Assembly (NCBI GenBank): GCA_051362555.1
Contig: CM120641.1
Coordinates: 39,996,401 to 40,060,400 of the forward strand
Source: Lingula anatina
Taxonomy: Eukaryota; Animalia; Brachiopoda
DNA length: 64,000 bases
Direction of reading: 5' to 3'
Shown in pieces: positions 51,907 through 64,000 of this stretch (position 1 is the stretch's first letter; each line of letters opens with the position of its first letter). The position numbers and the translations under genes were made by a program. The notes beneath the pieces were generated by a model that saw nothing but the letters and a program-made list of their open reading frames with translations, did no database searches and was not told where the DNA came from.

Positions 51907-53270
51907 CACTTGCATGCATGCGTATGTCAATCTGAGCATTCAATATTGTATAGGTTTTGTATTTAATAGGTTCTTTTAAAAACCTCATATATAATGTTAA
52001 TATACTAAAAGATGGGAGAGCATGTCAGTTTCCAACTCGTTTTTTTAAATCAAGATCCTATGTGCCTATATCTCCAATATTCAGGGTGTCCTTAAGTAGG
52101 GCTATTATGAGTGCAGGCAGCTTGAATATGCAATAATCTAAGTGAGTTAGGTAATATGCCAGATAAACCCTCAGACACTGGTGTTATATATGGTGAGTGG
52201 TTGATAGCCTGGTGCATGGCATATTACATTAAAGCATGGATTTCTATATGGGATAATTACACCTGTGAGCCCGAGCTATGTAGGCCATCTCATCTCTATG
52301 ATCTCACAGTCATCAGTAAAGAACTTTACAACTGTATCTTCACCCCATCAGTATTGAAGGGGTATTTTCAGGGTAAGGCATTTTTCTTGGGTCTTTAAAT
52401 TAGCTACAGGTTTTTAAAGTTGTACAATATATAGGCAAATCAATGGTGACCGAGTTGAGTAAAGCTACATAATATGGGTAATCTATATGCCTTTTAAACC
52501 TCAAGTGTTTACTCCTGAAGAGCAAGTTTGCAATGAATCCAAAACAAAAGTAATAGTTTGTCCTCAGTTTTGACTATAAACCAAAAAAAGTTTGTTAACC
52601 ACCACAACAGTGATAAGATCAATGTACTTAAAATAGAGAAAATGCACATGCCAAGCTCTGCTGGCAAACTGATCTTTATCATAACTGTATTTTACACTAA
52701 AGGTGCACATGTACAGATGACTAACTACGTTTATGGTTTTACGGCGCTTTTATGGGGATACACTATACCTGCTAGTTTTCATACTGACAAATTACTGTCT
52801 ATAATATATGATTTAATGATTTTTTTATCTCTTACATATAACTGATATCAAATTCTTATCAGAAGTGTTTTCTTAAATAATCCTATACCCTTTAACAAAC
52901 CAGTTCACTCTTCTTAAAAGACAATATACTTATAAGTCTTACCATTATTTCCACTCAGCAAAATAGTTATAAAACAAATAAATCAATTTGAAGCCATATT
53001 AAAAACGTACTAGGAGAATTTCTTAAATTTGATACCATGACCTTCAGCAAGAATGTCAAATCTATCTATAAGACCCCCCCCCCCCCCAAAGGCCTCCCCA
53101 GTTTATGTCAGATCTGCTAGCAGACCAATATCACAGCTGTGGAACTTCACAGCACCAACACAAACCAACCTCATAGAGGAGTTGTTAGAGGCTCCCACAA
53201 ATTCCTAAAACTTGTCAAAACACATAATATTTGCCATTATCCCAGTGTACATCTGTCTGCCCTAACTCCA

Positions 53271-53304
53271 TCTGTCTGTTTATCTGTCTGTCTGTCTGTC
53301 TGTC
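53271..53304. repeat. (TCTG)n microsatellite
   Basis: Imperfect tctg repeat; the same motif appears as (CAGA)n at about 34457-34481. Confidence 0.85.
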
Positions 53305-55491
53305 TAGACACCTACCTAGCCACAGTGAGTCTATGGTCCCAGTGGAAGTATAGCTATCTGTTGCCATCCTACTTAGTACTAGACAACTTTCTCTTGTACT
53401 GGCCCTAATAAACTACACCCCGACTGATACAAGTACATCAATATTGTTATATTGAGTATCTTTTTACTTGAAGCATGAAGTATTATAAATATCAGATTAA
53501 CTCCATATATAAATTTTGATGAAGCATGTTTCCCTATTGTGTGAGGTATTGAACAGATGTCCAGTGCTGGAAAACACCAATATCCACTCAGTTTGCTTGG
53601 CCGAGTGGAGAATATTCAATTAATTACACACAAAAGACTGATGGATTTTTATGCAATCTCATATTTCACCACTTATTCATAGTGCAGTGACATACAAACC
53701 ACTGTGCTCAAGTTAAAAGAAAAGAATTTATTGCAGTTACTGTGTATTGATTTTAAGGGAAATGGACCAAACTGTTGTTTACAAGCAGCTATACATACGC
53801 TAAGATTCAGGATAATGTAATAAACAATAGAGGTGATTGGAGAAAAGTTTTCTTATCAATGAGTTTAATTTTCCATGCAAAACTGTAGAGTTCCTATGTT
53901 TCAGCATTCAGTTTGTAAGAGTGTTTTCATTTGTTATTTAATAGTGTTGGCCAAAAAAGTGTCAGAGATTACAAAGACCTGCTAATTGGTGGCTACAAAG
54001 GGAACAAGCAGCTATATTAACCTGGATCTCGAGAATTCAAACAACTCTGACATTTGCGTCAGAAATGCACACATATTTTTTTTCCTGTACTATCGACTAT
54101 ATATCTTTACATTTATCTTCATGACCTTTCTCAAAAAAGAGAGAATTGTTCTCAATTACTTTTCTGCTTTCCTGGCCTAGGTTCATCACCTTCCCCACAA
54201 ACCAGACTTTTCCAGCAAGAAAGACCACCTGGGTATTCCATCTTCTGTCCAAAAACTTCAGCATTAGCAAATTCCTTGGAGCTCATCCATCCTTTCTCAA
54301 TATTGACCTTGCCTCAAGACTCCATTAATCCTGAGAAATGTTCATCAAACCCCCTCCTCTCTTAATATAATCTGCCAATATCCTACTGAAGATGTTGTTA
54401 CCTTGTCCGTTTACATAAATAAACAGATTGTATTAAGGTGGGCCATTATGGTTCCATTACCAAGAATAGCAAACACATAACCTTTCCCACCCGGTGAGTT
54501 TCTTTCTGAAAGTTCTCTGGCATAGATTCCAGGTAAAATATCTCTATGATGCACACTTATGACTGTCACTCCCCCTTTCCCCAAAAACTTCAATGTCAGA
54601 TGATTCTGCCAATATTGAACACTTCCCTCCTTTTTTTTAGAGGCTAAAAAAGCTAATCAGGTAACTCACTCATTACCAGCTGTTATAAGTACATGCCTTG
54701 TATGTTGTGCCACATGTAAGTGTGGAATATCTTTCTTTCGTGTACGTTTTAATGTTTTTCCTGTGTTTTGTACAGGAACAAAAGTGTGAACGAAAGCAAA
54801 TAAAAGGTGCGACATCTTCCAAACCTGTAAGTAACCCAAGATGGCCCAGTCCCAGATGTGTTACACAAAATGTTAGCAAAGAGAATGCCACAAGGCAAAA
54901 CTTGATCCAACCTCTCCCATGAAAATTAAAGGGACCTAACAACGATATCAATGAACACAAAGATGATTTTATATAATCTATAGAAACAGGTATGATCATA
55001 TGGATTTGAAAGAATCCTCTATTCAGCAGGGTAAAGATCCATATAAAGGGGTATTCATCTTTACCCCACACTTGTCTTAATAACCACACTAAAATACCTT
55101 ATTCATGTTATTGAATAAAGTGTAAAAAAAAGGCTGTATTATGATTTTTGATAACATTTATTTGCTAAAAATTAATTGCCATACAACAAATCACTAAGGA
55201 GCATTTCTTTTCAAAACCACAACAGACGTAAATGATAATCGGAATCAACAATCCACAGATGATCTTAAGCCCATGCATACATAAAACTTTTGACCAAGAA
55301 GTTTTTAAATAATGGTGTTCTTTCCCAAGCAATCTACTGGCCGATACCACAGGCGACCTCCACACCTGTTTACACTGCACTTGAACATCATCATTTACAA
55401 ATGTAGGTTTTATATCCTGTCAAATCTTATGCCCATTCTCCTCCTCCTCCCACCTTCTTCCACCTCATGTCAGCCTGTATTACAAATATTT

Positions 55492-55768
55492 AGGGCACAT
55501 TTAGAACAGATGATCTGAGTACTAACTGATCCACCAACTAAATATGGCCGAACACACTTCAAAAGTGATACCGCTATTTCCATAATGGTCTCCTCGTCTC
55601 CACATGCACTGTCGCTGCAAGGGCGTAGCAATTAAACCTCGAAGCTGAGATTTAATCCCTTTCATGACATGTCTGGAGTTGGGGAGAGCATCAGTAATCA
55701 GTGGCATTGCTTTTGAAGTGGGGTCGGCCATATTTAGTCAGTGGATCATCTTGTTCTGAATGCGCTTC
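55492..55768. mobile_element. MITE-like element, family 2 (long imperfect TIRs)
   Basis: Left agaacagatgatc...actaaatatggccgaacacacttcaaaag versus right cttttgaagtggggtcggccatatttagt...gatcatcttgttct (reverse complement). Confidence 0.8.
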
Positions 55769-56403
55769 ATACAGGTCTCTAGTACACTTTTACTTTCTTT
55801 TCCTGGATCAGGCAACTTTTTTAGGGAAAGATCTAAAGGCACATTATCCATTATATTGGGGTTTATTGAAGTGCTGTCCCAAATCCTGGATATATAAAGT
55901 AAAAGTTTTAGCAAACCATTTTTATTTGAGTTCTTTTCAAAGAATGACAATATTTGCCAACACTTGTTTCTAATCAAATTTCTTTCTTTTTTTTTTTTTT
56001 TTGTAAATAAACCCCAAATTAAGGGCTACATATCTCCCCCCCCCCCCCCCCCCCATAGACACACACTTGAATAGAAAAGAATATATCCTGTGACATAATC
56101 CATAAATTGCCTTATTTCTACTGAGTCATGACCCATCAAAAGAAAAAAAATGAATTATCAGGATATTACCTGATAAATTGAGCAACCTTTAAAAAATGCT
56201 GAACAATTGAAAATTATACATAAGCTTATTTAATTTCCTCTTTCATCCAATTGCCATGAACAGTGGAATTCGACAATTGATTTTCATTTAGCACTATTAT
56301 CACTTTAACCTGCAATTCATTTTTTTTCCTTTTTGTTGTGATAATGGACGTCTGACAGCCTGAGCTCATGCTGTTTTGCTAGTTTTGGGCAATTTGAAAG
56401 AAA

Positions 56404-56406
<3 letters not shown>

Positions 56407-56490
<84 letters not shown>
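56407..56490. repeat. (AT)n microsatellite
   Basis: About 42 perfect AT units. Confidence 0.97.
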
Positions 56491-56493
<3 letters not shown>

Positions 56494-59400
56494 TCCCCCC
56501 ATCCCTCTGACTACAATTTTCCTCAAGTTTGAAACTGAGATATATTTCCTCTCACACTTCAATTCAACAGTACCAGAACAAATGCCTATGAGTCAAAATT
56601 TCAGACAAAGTATTATAAAGCTAATGAACAACTGCTAAGTTCAAACATTAAGATGTTCTTTCTACATAAATATCCTTTACCAGACTTTAAACCCTCTTTC
56701 TTAAATATTCTAAAATCTTTGGGGTTAATCTTATTAACTACATGATTCAGAGGGTACATCTCGCCTTTTCTCTGTCAATAACCTGCCATCTGTAACTTCA
56801 AATCTAATAAAAACCAATGGGATTTAAAACGACTACAGGGTGGCTCCTAAATAACAGGATTTTGTTGAACATCTGGTCACCACAGCAACATATTATTAAG
56901 CCAGTCCAAATATGGCATACAAAATTTATATCCTGGTAGTCATTATAACATTTGTCTCCATTTTTCAGAATGATTCATTTTTGGCGGAAACAAATCACCG
57001 GTTGAATTGACCACAATGTCCCTGATGGCCTGGGTATTCACAGAATTGTCACATTAAGGGAAGTCCTAAAAACACTTAGATGAAAAATATGACAATTGTA
57101 AAATTAATACCAATTCATTCATGCACACTTTTTGTACCCTGTGAAAGAAGAACTCTAGTTGTTGCAAAACTACCTGACAGCCTTCATTTTACCTGCCACT
57201 ATCAGAAATTAAAAACACATTGTAAAAGCCAACTTATAACAGGGCCAATTTGAGAAATAATATCACTTAAATGCACAAGCCCCCATTCATTTGCCTTTTG
57301 TCTGCCACCTGTAGAAGTCTAATTACCACAGGCAGGAATGCTGTAGACTCTTAATTCATTCTTCCTTTAATGGCTTTGTGAACTGAGACATGTGTCTGGT
57401 ACATGAGGGGGATGACTGAGACAAACATGATGTTTAGCTGCCTGGCTTTCCTATCTCTACATCTACAACTACCCTTACTTCTAAATGCTAGATTGTAGTC
57501 ATTAGCATTTAAACATAATGACAGGTATGTGATAATACTTGGCCACAGGCTGCATTCAAATCCAGACTTATTTAACCCTAAACAATCCAATTTACATCAC
57601 CTTAATACCACAATGCATAACTCAGGAATTGAAACATGAAGGAGTTTTTTTAATCTGAAGTTCCTGTATCAATGATCAAAAATACATCCAGTTATTTACT
57701 GGTGTACCTTTATTTTATGAGGACAATATATAAAGAAATTTACCACCAGCTTCTGTGTCAAGGGTAGTCCCTGTTATGTTAGACCGTCTCCAGTTTAAAT
57801 ACGAGGTCTGAACATGGCTGTCATTTTGCCCACAGCTGCATGACCTTGTCATTGAAGCCACAAGAAACCACATGAGGTGCTATAATAAATGACTGCTTTT
57901 ATTAATATCTTCCCACAGTGAACTGACCATGTCAGCCAAGAGATGGACAAGACTGGACCCTGGTCATTTGAGGATGGGGATCACCTTCTACATGCAATAA
58001 TATATATTGACCACATACCTGGACTGTGTATGTTACCTGTAGAATATACCTGGAATGTCTTACCTTAACGTCAAAAACTGTATCATAGAGACACAGTACA
58101 AGTTTCTCCATAGAAATCTCCCATGTCACAAGGATGCATATCATTGCCAAAACAAGTGGCGCAAGTCAGGGGCTATTTTTGAACACATGATTCTTTATCT
58201 AAAGGGACAGCTGCATTTGTTTGAATTAAATATGTGTTTTATCACTGGTGGCAACCAAGCATATATAAACAAGAGAAGCATAATATATGTCACTGAATTT
58301 GTTGATTGCTGTTTTAAGTTTCTATATGAGTGGAAATCAAGCTCAACACAAATGCTCTGTTAAACCTGGGCAGTGTTATCCATAAATTGTTTTTTTTTTT
58401 TTTTGTTGAAAATTCTTCAAACTTTTTTCAAAATACTTTAAGGGGGGGGGGGGGGGGGGGGCAGCCTTTGAGCTATATCCAATGATGTAAATTGCAAATC
58501 ACTTAAGAATATGTCATTTATGAATTCCTTAGAAATCTCTAGCTGTCCCTGGGCCATGGAACTTGCACCTGCACTGTGTTTCTTCCCCACCTAAAGACAG
58601 GAAATACCTTAACACCGAGGTCACAGTGGCTGACACTAACTTGTCTTTTCTTTGAGAAAACATGTATTTATGAGAATTTAAATCATTGCCCAGGAAAATA
58701 TTGACACAGGGCCCATGTCATGAATTATGATTTTATATAATTTAAACACAGACAGTCCTCTTCAATTGTGCCTCAGTCAATGCCTGTCAAAAAGGTATAC
58801 CTATATTTCTTTTACCTTATGTTTTTATTCATTAAGGTAGGAGAGAAAAGAGACAGATATTTCCTACTACATGCTTTGGATGTGACATTACACAGGTTTC
58901 ACTTGGTTAGTAACACAGGGTCTACTGAATTACAGGACTGGTAGTTCATTTAGTTTATTCAGAATTTTTACTTGGCAAGACTAAAAACAAGAAGGCCATA
59001 TGCATGTCTTTCTCTAAACAAGTTGCGTGTGGAAATGTTCTAGGGAGCCCAATGATCCACACTCCCCCTCCACCCCTTTCCCAAAAACATTAATGGTAAC
59101 ACAGAATCTTGTCTCCAAAACAAAAACAACGATTTCCTTTTTGTGCTGGTTGTACAACTTTAATTCAACACAAATGAACACAATACCAATCTTTATACAA
59201 CAATTTAATACAGCCAAACATGTAAACCAGTTTGCATTTAGATCTCAAGTGCACCAACATTACAGCACACATACAAATAATACTTTACATTTGGGCAACT
59301 GGCAGTCTGGGGCATGAGGTCAATGTAAATTATGTGGAATTTCAACCTTTCAAGATATATCTATGTGAGTTATTAATCTATGTAACCCAAACTGCATGTG

Positions 59401-62400
59401 TGGCTGCCAAGTCAAATTAGTGTTATGACTCTGTTACGCAGCATATTGTCTTTTCTTTCCTGACTAGAACAATTAATGTGAATATTACCTTCTCAGTTCT
59501 CCCATCAATTTATAATGTATTCACTATCTCACGTACACTGCCTGCAGCTATTTTTCAATATTAAACACACTTTGAAAATATCATGTGTAAAGTTAAAAGG
59601 TAAACACAGGGCTCTTCTCCTTTTTCTCTGTTACTGAATTAAAAACCTATATAGGTAAAAATAATACATCTCCCCTCAAATACAGGGTTCACACTGAAAG
59701 ACTATACGTGTGAATAAAGCTGGTGCAAACTTCAACGTTTTTCAAAAAAAAAAAAAAAATCAGCAGATTACAAATATGCAACAAACTGTGTTTCATTTTC
59801 ATTTGGTTTCCTTTGCAAACTGTGAGTCCAAAATTCATACCAAGTAATAAAGCTCATAAACAACAGGATTTCAAAGGACTCAGGTTTTAGAAGGACATGC
59901 TGCTGGGATCCTAACAGATCAATAAGAACTAAAGGGCCTTGATAATCACCAGCAATGGTGATTAATGTTATCATTAGACATATCCCAAGAAATCAATTTG
60001 TCCAGTTATATAATGTTTTGAAGGTCCATTATAAGAAATAATGAACTCCTGGTAATCCGTGGCAGATGTACTAAAGTCAAGTTTAATCAAGGAAACACAT
60101 ATTGCAGGTGCTTGGTTTTCCTAATTTCCTAGAGTCAGGCAGGTGAACTATACATGCCTAACATAAATACGGGAAGAATGTTAAAATGAAAATCTATACT
60201 TTCAGGTTTTCCATGTATTTTACCAAGAGTAGTAAAAGATCTTTGTACTTCATTTTTAGAGTGAATTAAAACCCCAATTGAAAATTGTAGTTTCCTATTA
60301 CTGTTCGAGGGAGCAAATTTCAAATCAAAATGGCAAAATTCCTCTGTAATTCCAATTGAAATGTTTTAGGTCAGTCATCAATTGAATGTCTGCGGTATGA
60401 TAACTTTACTCTATGGCCTTTACTTCCTGTATAAAATTGCCAAATTGCTACTGTTCAAGTTCATTTAATGTTACCCTCTTTTTCAATGATTGTGGTCTCC
60501 AATCTTCCCTTCTCAGCAGACAGATTTTTCTGGTCTGCTGCAATTCAAAGCATGGGTCAAAGCACATTTCTCCCTTTTCTTTTCTTCTAAACCAAGGAAA
60601 TATGGACTCTGATTTTGCAATCACACCCTTATATTGTGGTTTGTACTATGGGGGGTAGTAGTTGTCAGGTGTACTTTATACCCCAACTCAATGTGTGATG
60701 TAAACTATTCTAGCTGTACGTGGACATATCAACAATATGTGTCAAGAAATTACTGAATGTTTTGCCTACGTATTAACAAATCCTTTGAACCATGTAACTT
60801 TCTAACCTTGTTACCTGCAGCAAAACAGAAAGGCATTTCTATTACGGGCAAGTAACTAAAATAAAAAGGGTTAGAAGGTTGAGGGTTCTTTCGAATGTTT
60901 TGGTACTGGCTATAAACTGGGTTACCTAAAAGTTAAAGGAAGCTAGCCAAATCCACTTCAATACTAAGGGGAAAAAACAAGTCCATAAGTGTGAGGCACT
61001 TAATGTCCCAACTGCAGACATATGAATTGAATGTCACCATCAGAAATTTAACACCACATTGATTCACTAAACCTTTGCACACAACAATGATTTTAAATTA
61101 TAGATTGTGTTGTACCTAAACATTTAAATCCATTAAATATAAAGCAAAATGCACCGGAATATCATAATCATTATGATTTATAAATAATGAAATCATGTGG
61201 GTTTTCATGTTGACACAAACTGCTATGACCAATAATACGTATATATATCAGTGGACTGGCCCATAATGTTGACCAAAGCATGTTGATGATTACCCAACCC
61301 ATGCCCACAACAATGCAAAAACCCATCAGAGATAGCTGACTGTCTCATACTGCCTACACAGAGTTTCAAATGCATGCACATACTACTCAAGAAGTTATAT
61401 CTCTTGAGAATCTATATGAAAAGGTAGCATGCAAGTTTTAATGTGATGATCAAAAATCCTGATAGCTAGGAAGGTGCATGCTTAAGCCACATTCCTCTGA
61501 TGAAAGATTACTCCTTATTTTCTCCTTATAAGAAAGATGATTTTTAATCTGCGTCCTGAGAAAGAAAAGTGCAAAGAAATAGTACAAGCAGGTTCCATTG
61601 TTTACTATGCAAATATCCGAAACAGGCGGCATTCAAAGTGCTCAGCAAGCACAATATAGATTTTTGTTCAATAAGTGGTCTTGAAGGCTGTTCGCGCCTT
61701 TTGCTCTGATTTTAGCAAAATCAATAAGCTCTCAATAGTAATAAATGTATGTCAAAGAGGTCCTCCAGCAATAGTAGATAAAGTGGAAGTTTTGTAAACA
61801 CTTGTTTTAAATCATATTTTGAACAAAAACACTGACTCAGAACCAATGAAGTAAAACTGATTTAATACTGTTCTGGCCGTCTACACAATAGAGCTGTACA
61901 ATATTCACTTGAATAGCTATGCATGGGGCTGCAATCCAGACCTACAACAGAGCACAATAGAACTGCCTTCTATACTATTCCATAGAAGCCTAAGTGGAAA
62001 CAGTGATCTCAGTGCACTTGATTGCACTGCTTCCAAACTTTCCATAGACAAAAATACCACACTAGATTAAGATCTCCGATAATTTGGCTGTCTTGTATTC
62101 ATTTATCTTAGTTCATTATAAACAAGTTTATCTTCACCCTGATAAAGATGCATCTAGGTGTTTTAAACAAAACAGAACTGAGACAGCACTCCTGTCTTGC
62201 CCAGTCAAACAAAAATTATGCTAAAATTCAACTTTTCCTCTCATTTAAGTGCATGCTTTAAATTGGGAGCTGAGAAGAGAAAGCAAATTTCCTCAACTGG
62301 GGTCACTAACACACGCTAATTTGGAAGGTAAACATGACCATGAAAGGAGGGCAGCCAGTAAGAACATCTGTACACCAAACTATGGGTTAACTTTTCATAA

Positions 62401-63113
62401 ACTGTTGGTTGGTCTCACTTTAACATCAATGTGTTTTCAGACTTACATAAAGTTCTAATTTCTACGAAGAGATGTGAAGAACACACTTTTAGAAGGCCGT
62501 TCCTGTGCACACTATCAAGACTATCAAGCTTACACCTTTAACTTAAGCATGATATAAAATTACCACCTTTTAAGTAACACTATGTAAAGGCAAATGAAAT
62601 TTTTTAACAACAAGGAAAACTAAAATAACTTGATTTCACAACCTTTAACGCTCTACCATCTAACAAATGGGAAATATTCCTCCGTCCCTTTTACCTGGTT
62701 AACAAACATGTTTTGTACACCTTGATTACTTTCAAAATATCACTAGGGGCTTGTTACTTGGTAATTGTAGTGGGAAGTATAAAAGATGGTCCTAAATCTC
62801 TAATATGCACATGCATGTCATAAATACTAAGTACCCTGCCAGCCACTTAAGATGTCTCGAGATCCCTTTGGTGAAAACACGATTTGTACATAAATGTTCA
62901 AAAATAACGATAGAATCAAGACATTAACTTATAGATAAATATTTAGAAAAGTAATATGCGAAGTGATGTACAACATATTCCTTAAGGTGATACACCTGAA
63001 GTTTAGATCCGATCTTAAAAACTTCATTTTTCCTTCTAATTTCAGAACTTTTGAATTGATTTCAATTCTCCGAACTTTCAAAAAACACTATAAAAAGTAT
63101 TTAAAATACTTAC

Positions 63114-63207
63114 TGTGTTTAGACAGCTTATTCTTGTTAAGGATCTTCTGTATACTAATTAAATCCTGGTCCTTAACGGCCTGCAGCAGTTCAAAATCTT
63201 TCCCCAT
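63114..63207 (-). CDS. CASKIN: Caskin exon 1 (start codon)
   Basis: ggcaacATGG good Kozak context; MGKDFELLQAVKDQDLISIQKILNKNKLSKH; A|gtaagt donor. Confidence 0.95.
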
Positions 63208-63399
63208 GTTGCCGAATCAAGTGCTGATTAACGAAACGAAATATTTACGACCACATTTGGTCGTCACTTGAAATCACGTTTTATGACAGAAGTGTAAAGA
63301 AAATCTCTTCTAATTCTTAATCCAATGCTTTTCCCTATTTGAATAACATGTTTTATCCTTCGTATAGCTCCCAAGATCAAGTTCTTCGCTGGAGTGAAG

Positions 63400-63520
63400 T
63401 TTAAATCTCCCAGAATATTGGCGGCCTGGCGTAGTGTTGTTGATCTCTCCCTTGGGGTTACTCATTTCCGGTTGACATGCTCACTCGGCCACTTCTGACG
63501 TCACAATGTGAACACAGGTG
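63400..63520 (-). promoter_or_regulatory. Probable Caskin proximal promoter (CRE and ETS-like motifs, CpG retained)
   Basis: Perfect TGACGTCA at 63496-63503; ACCGGAAAT (- strand) at 63464-63472; CpGs more frequent than in the gene body; TSS not determined. Confidence 0.5.
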
Positions 63521-64000
63521 CTTGCTGCTTTCTGCTGTGATTGTCAGTGTCATGGATGCGATAGATGTGACAAGGACCTGCATATTTGTAAACTGATTGT
63601 GACAGGTAAAGGTCATCTCACCTCTCTCCTAACGCTGGGAAAGAAAAGTGCGAAACGAAAGTGGCTCAATCTCTAAAGGAACAAAGCTATATCATTGAGA
63701 CAACAAAAATTTATTTTTTTGCTATATTTTTTGATTAAAAAAAAAAAACATTCTGACGAGTTCAGAGTGCACGTAAACATTTGTTGAACACGCGCGCAAT
63801 GATTTTTCATACACACAATCTAAACAAACTAATGTATATGCCACTGTAGCCATTAAAAAATATAGTTAAGCTGATAGAATGTAATCTTGGTTGGAAACCA
63901 GGGTTTTTTAAAATCCCATTTTATTATTATTATTTGGGGAGGGGGGCTATAGAAAGAAGAAGGGAGTGTTACCCTCTTTCACAAAAGCCAATTTGGCAAA

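Larger units (their letters stand above)
4561..63207 (-). other. CASKIN: Caskin gene span (ANK repeats-SH3-SAM-SAM-Pro-rich tail); 20 coding exons, 4500 nt, 1499 aa
   Basis: Manual exon assembly: all GT-AG and phase-consistent. N-terminus [41 protein letters not shown] and C-terminus VLDDIGNMLQGLTDELDAML resemble vertebrate Caskin1/2 as I recall them. Confidence 0.95.

Noticed and set aside
59768-59974. DLLGSQQ as candidate Caskin exon 2
   Set aside because: No suitable splice sites; the true exon 2 is at 51732-51783

Overview
AT-rich, intron-rich animal genomic DNA, probably invertebrate or lophotrochozoan (taxon is inference). It holds two convergent genes. (1) On the + strand, the last four coding exons (162-1498) of a cytochrome P450 resembling the mitochondrial clan; its 5' part lies upstream of the window. 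(2) On the - strand, a complete Caskin gene (ATG at 63207, TAA at 4561). I assembled it by hand into 20 GT-AG exons with consistent phases: 4500 nt, 1499 aa, ankyrin repeats - SH3 - SAM - SAM - long Pro/Ser-rich tail - conserved C-terminal helix. The introns contain at least three small inverted-repeat (MITE-like) families, microsatellites, short duplications and a few unexplained coding-like or CpG-retaining patches. I found no prokaryotic system, CRISPR array, tRNA/rRNA or intact transposase, and I cannot support a claim of a wholly new biological system. The best leads are candidate recursive-splice or poison micro-exon sites in Caskin introns, palindromic MITE pairs flanking ankyrin exons, and the protein's motif content. 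All are hypotheses needing RNA-seq or homology searches.
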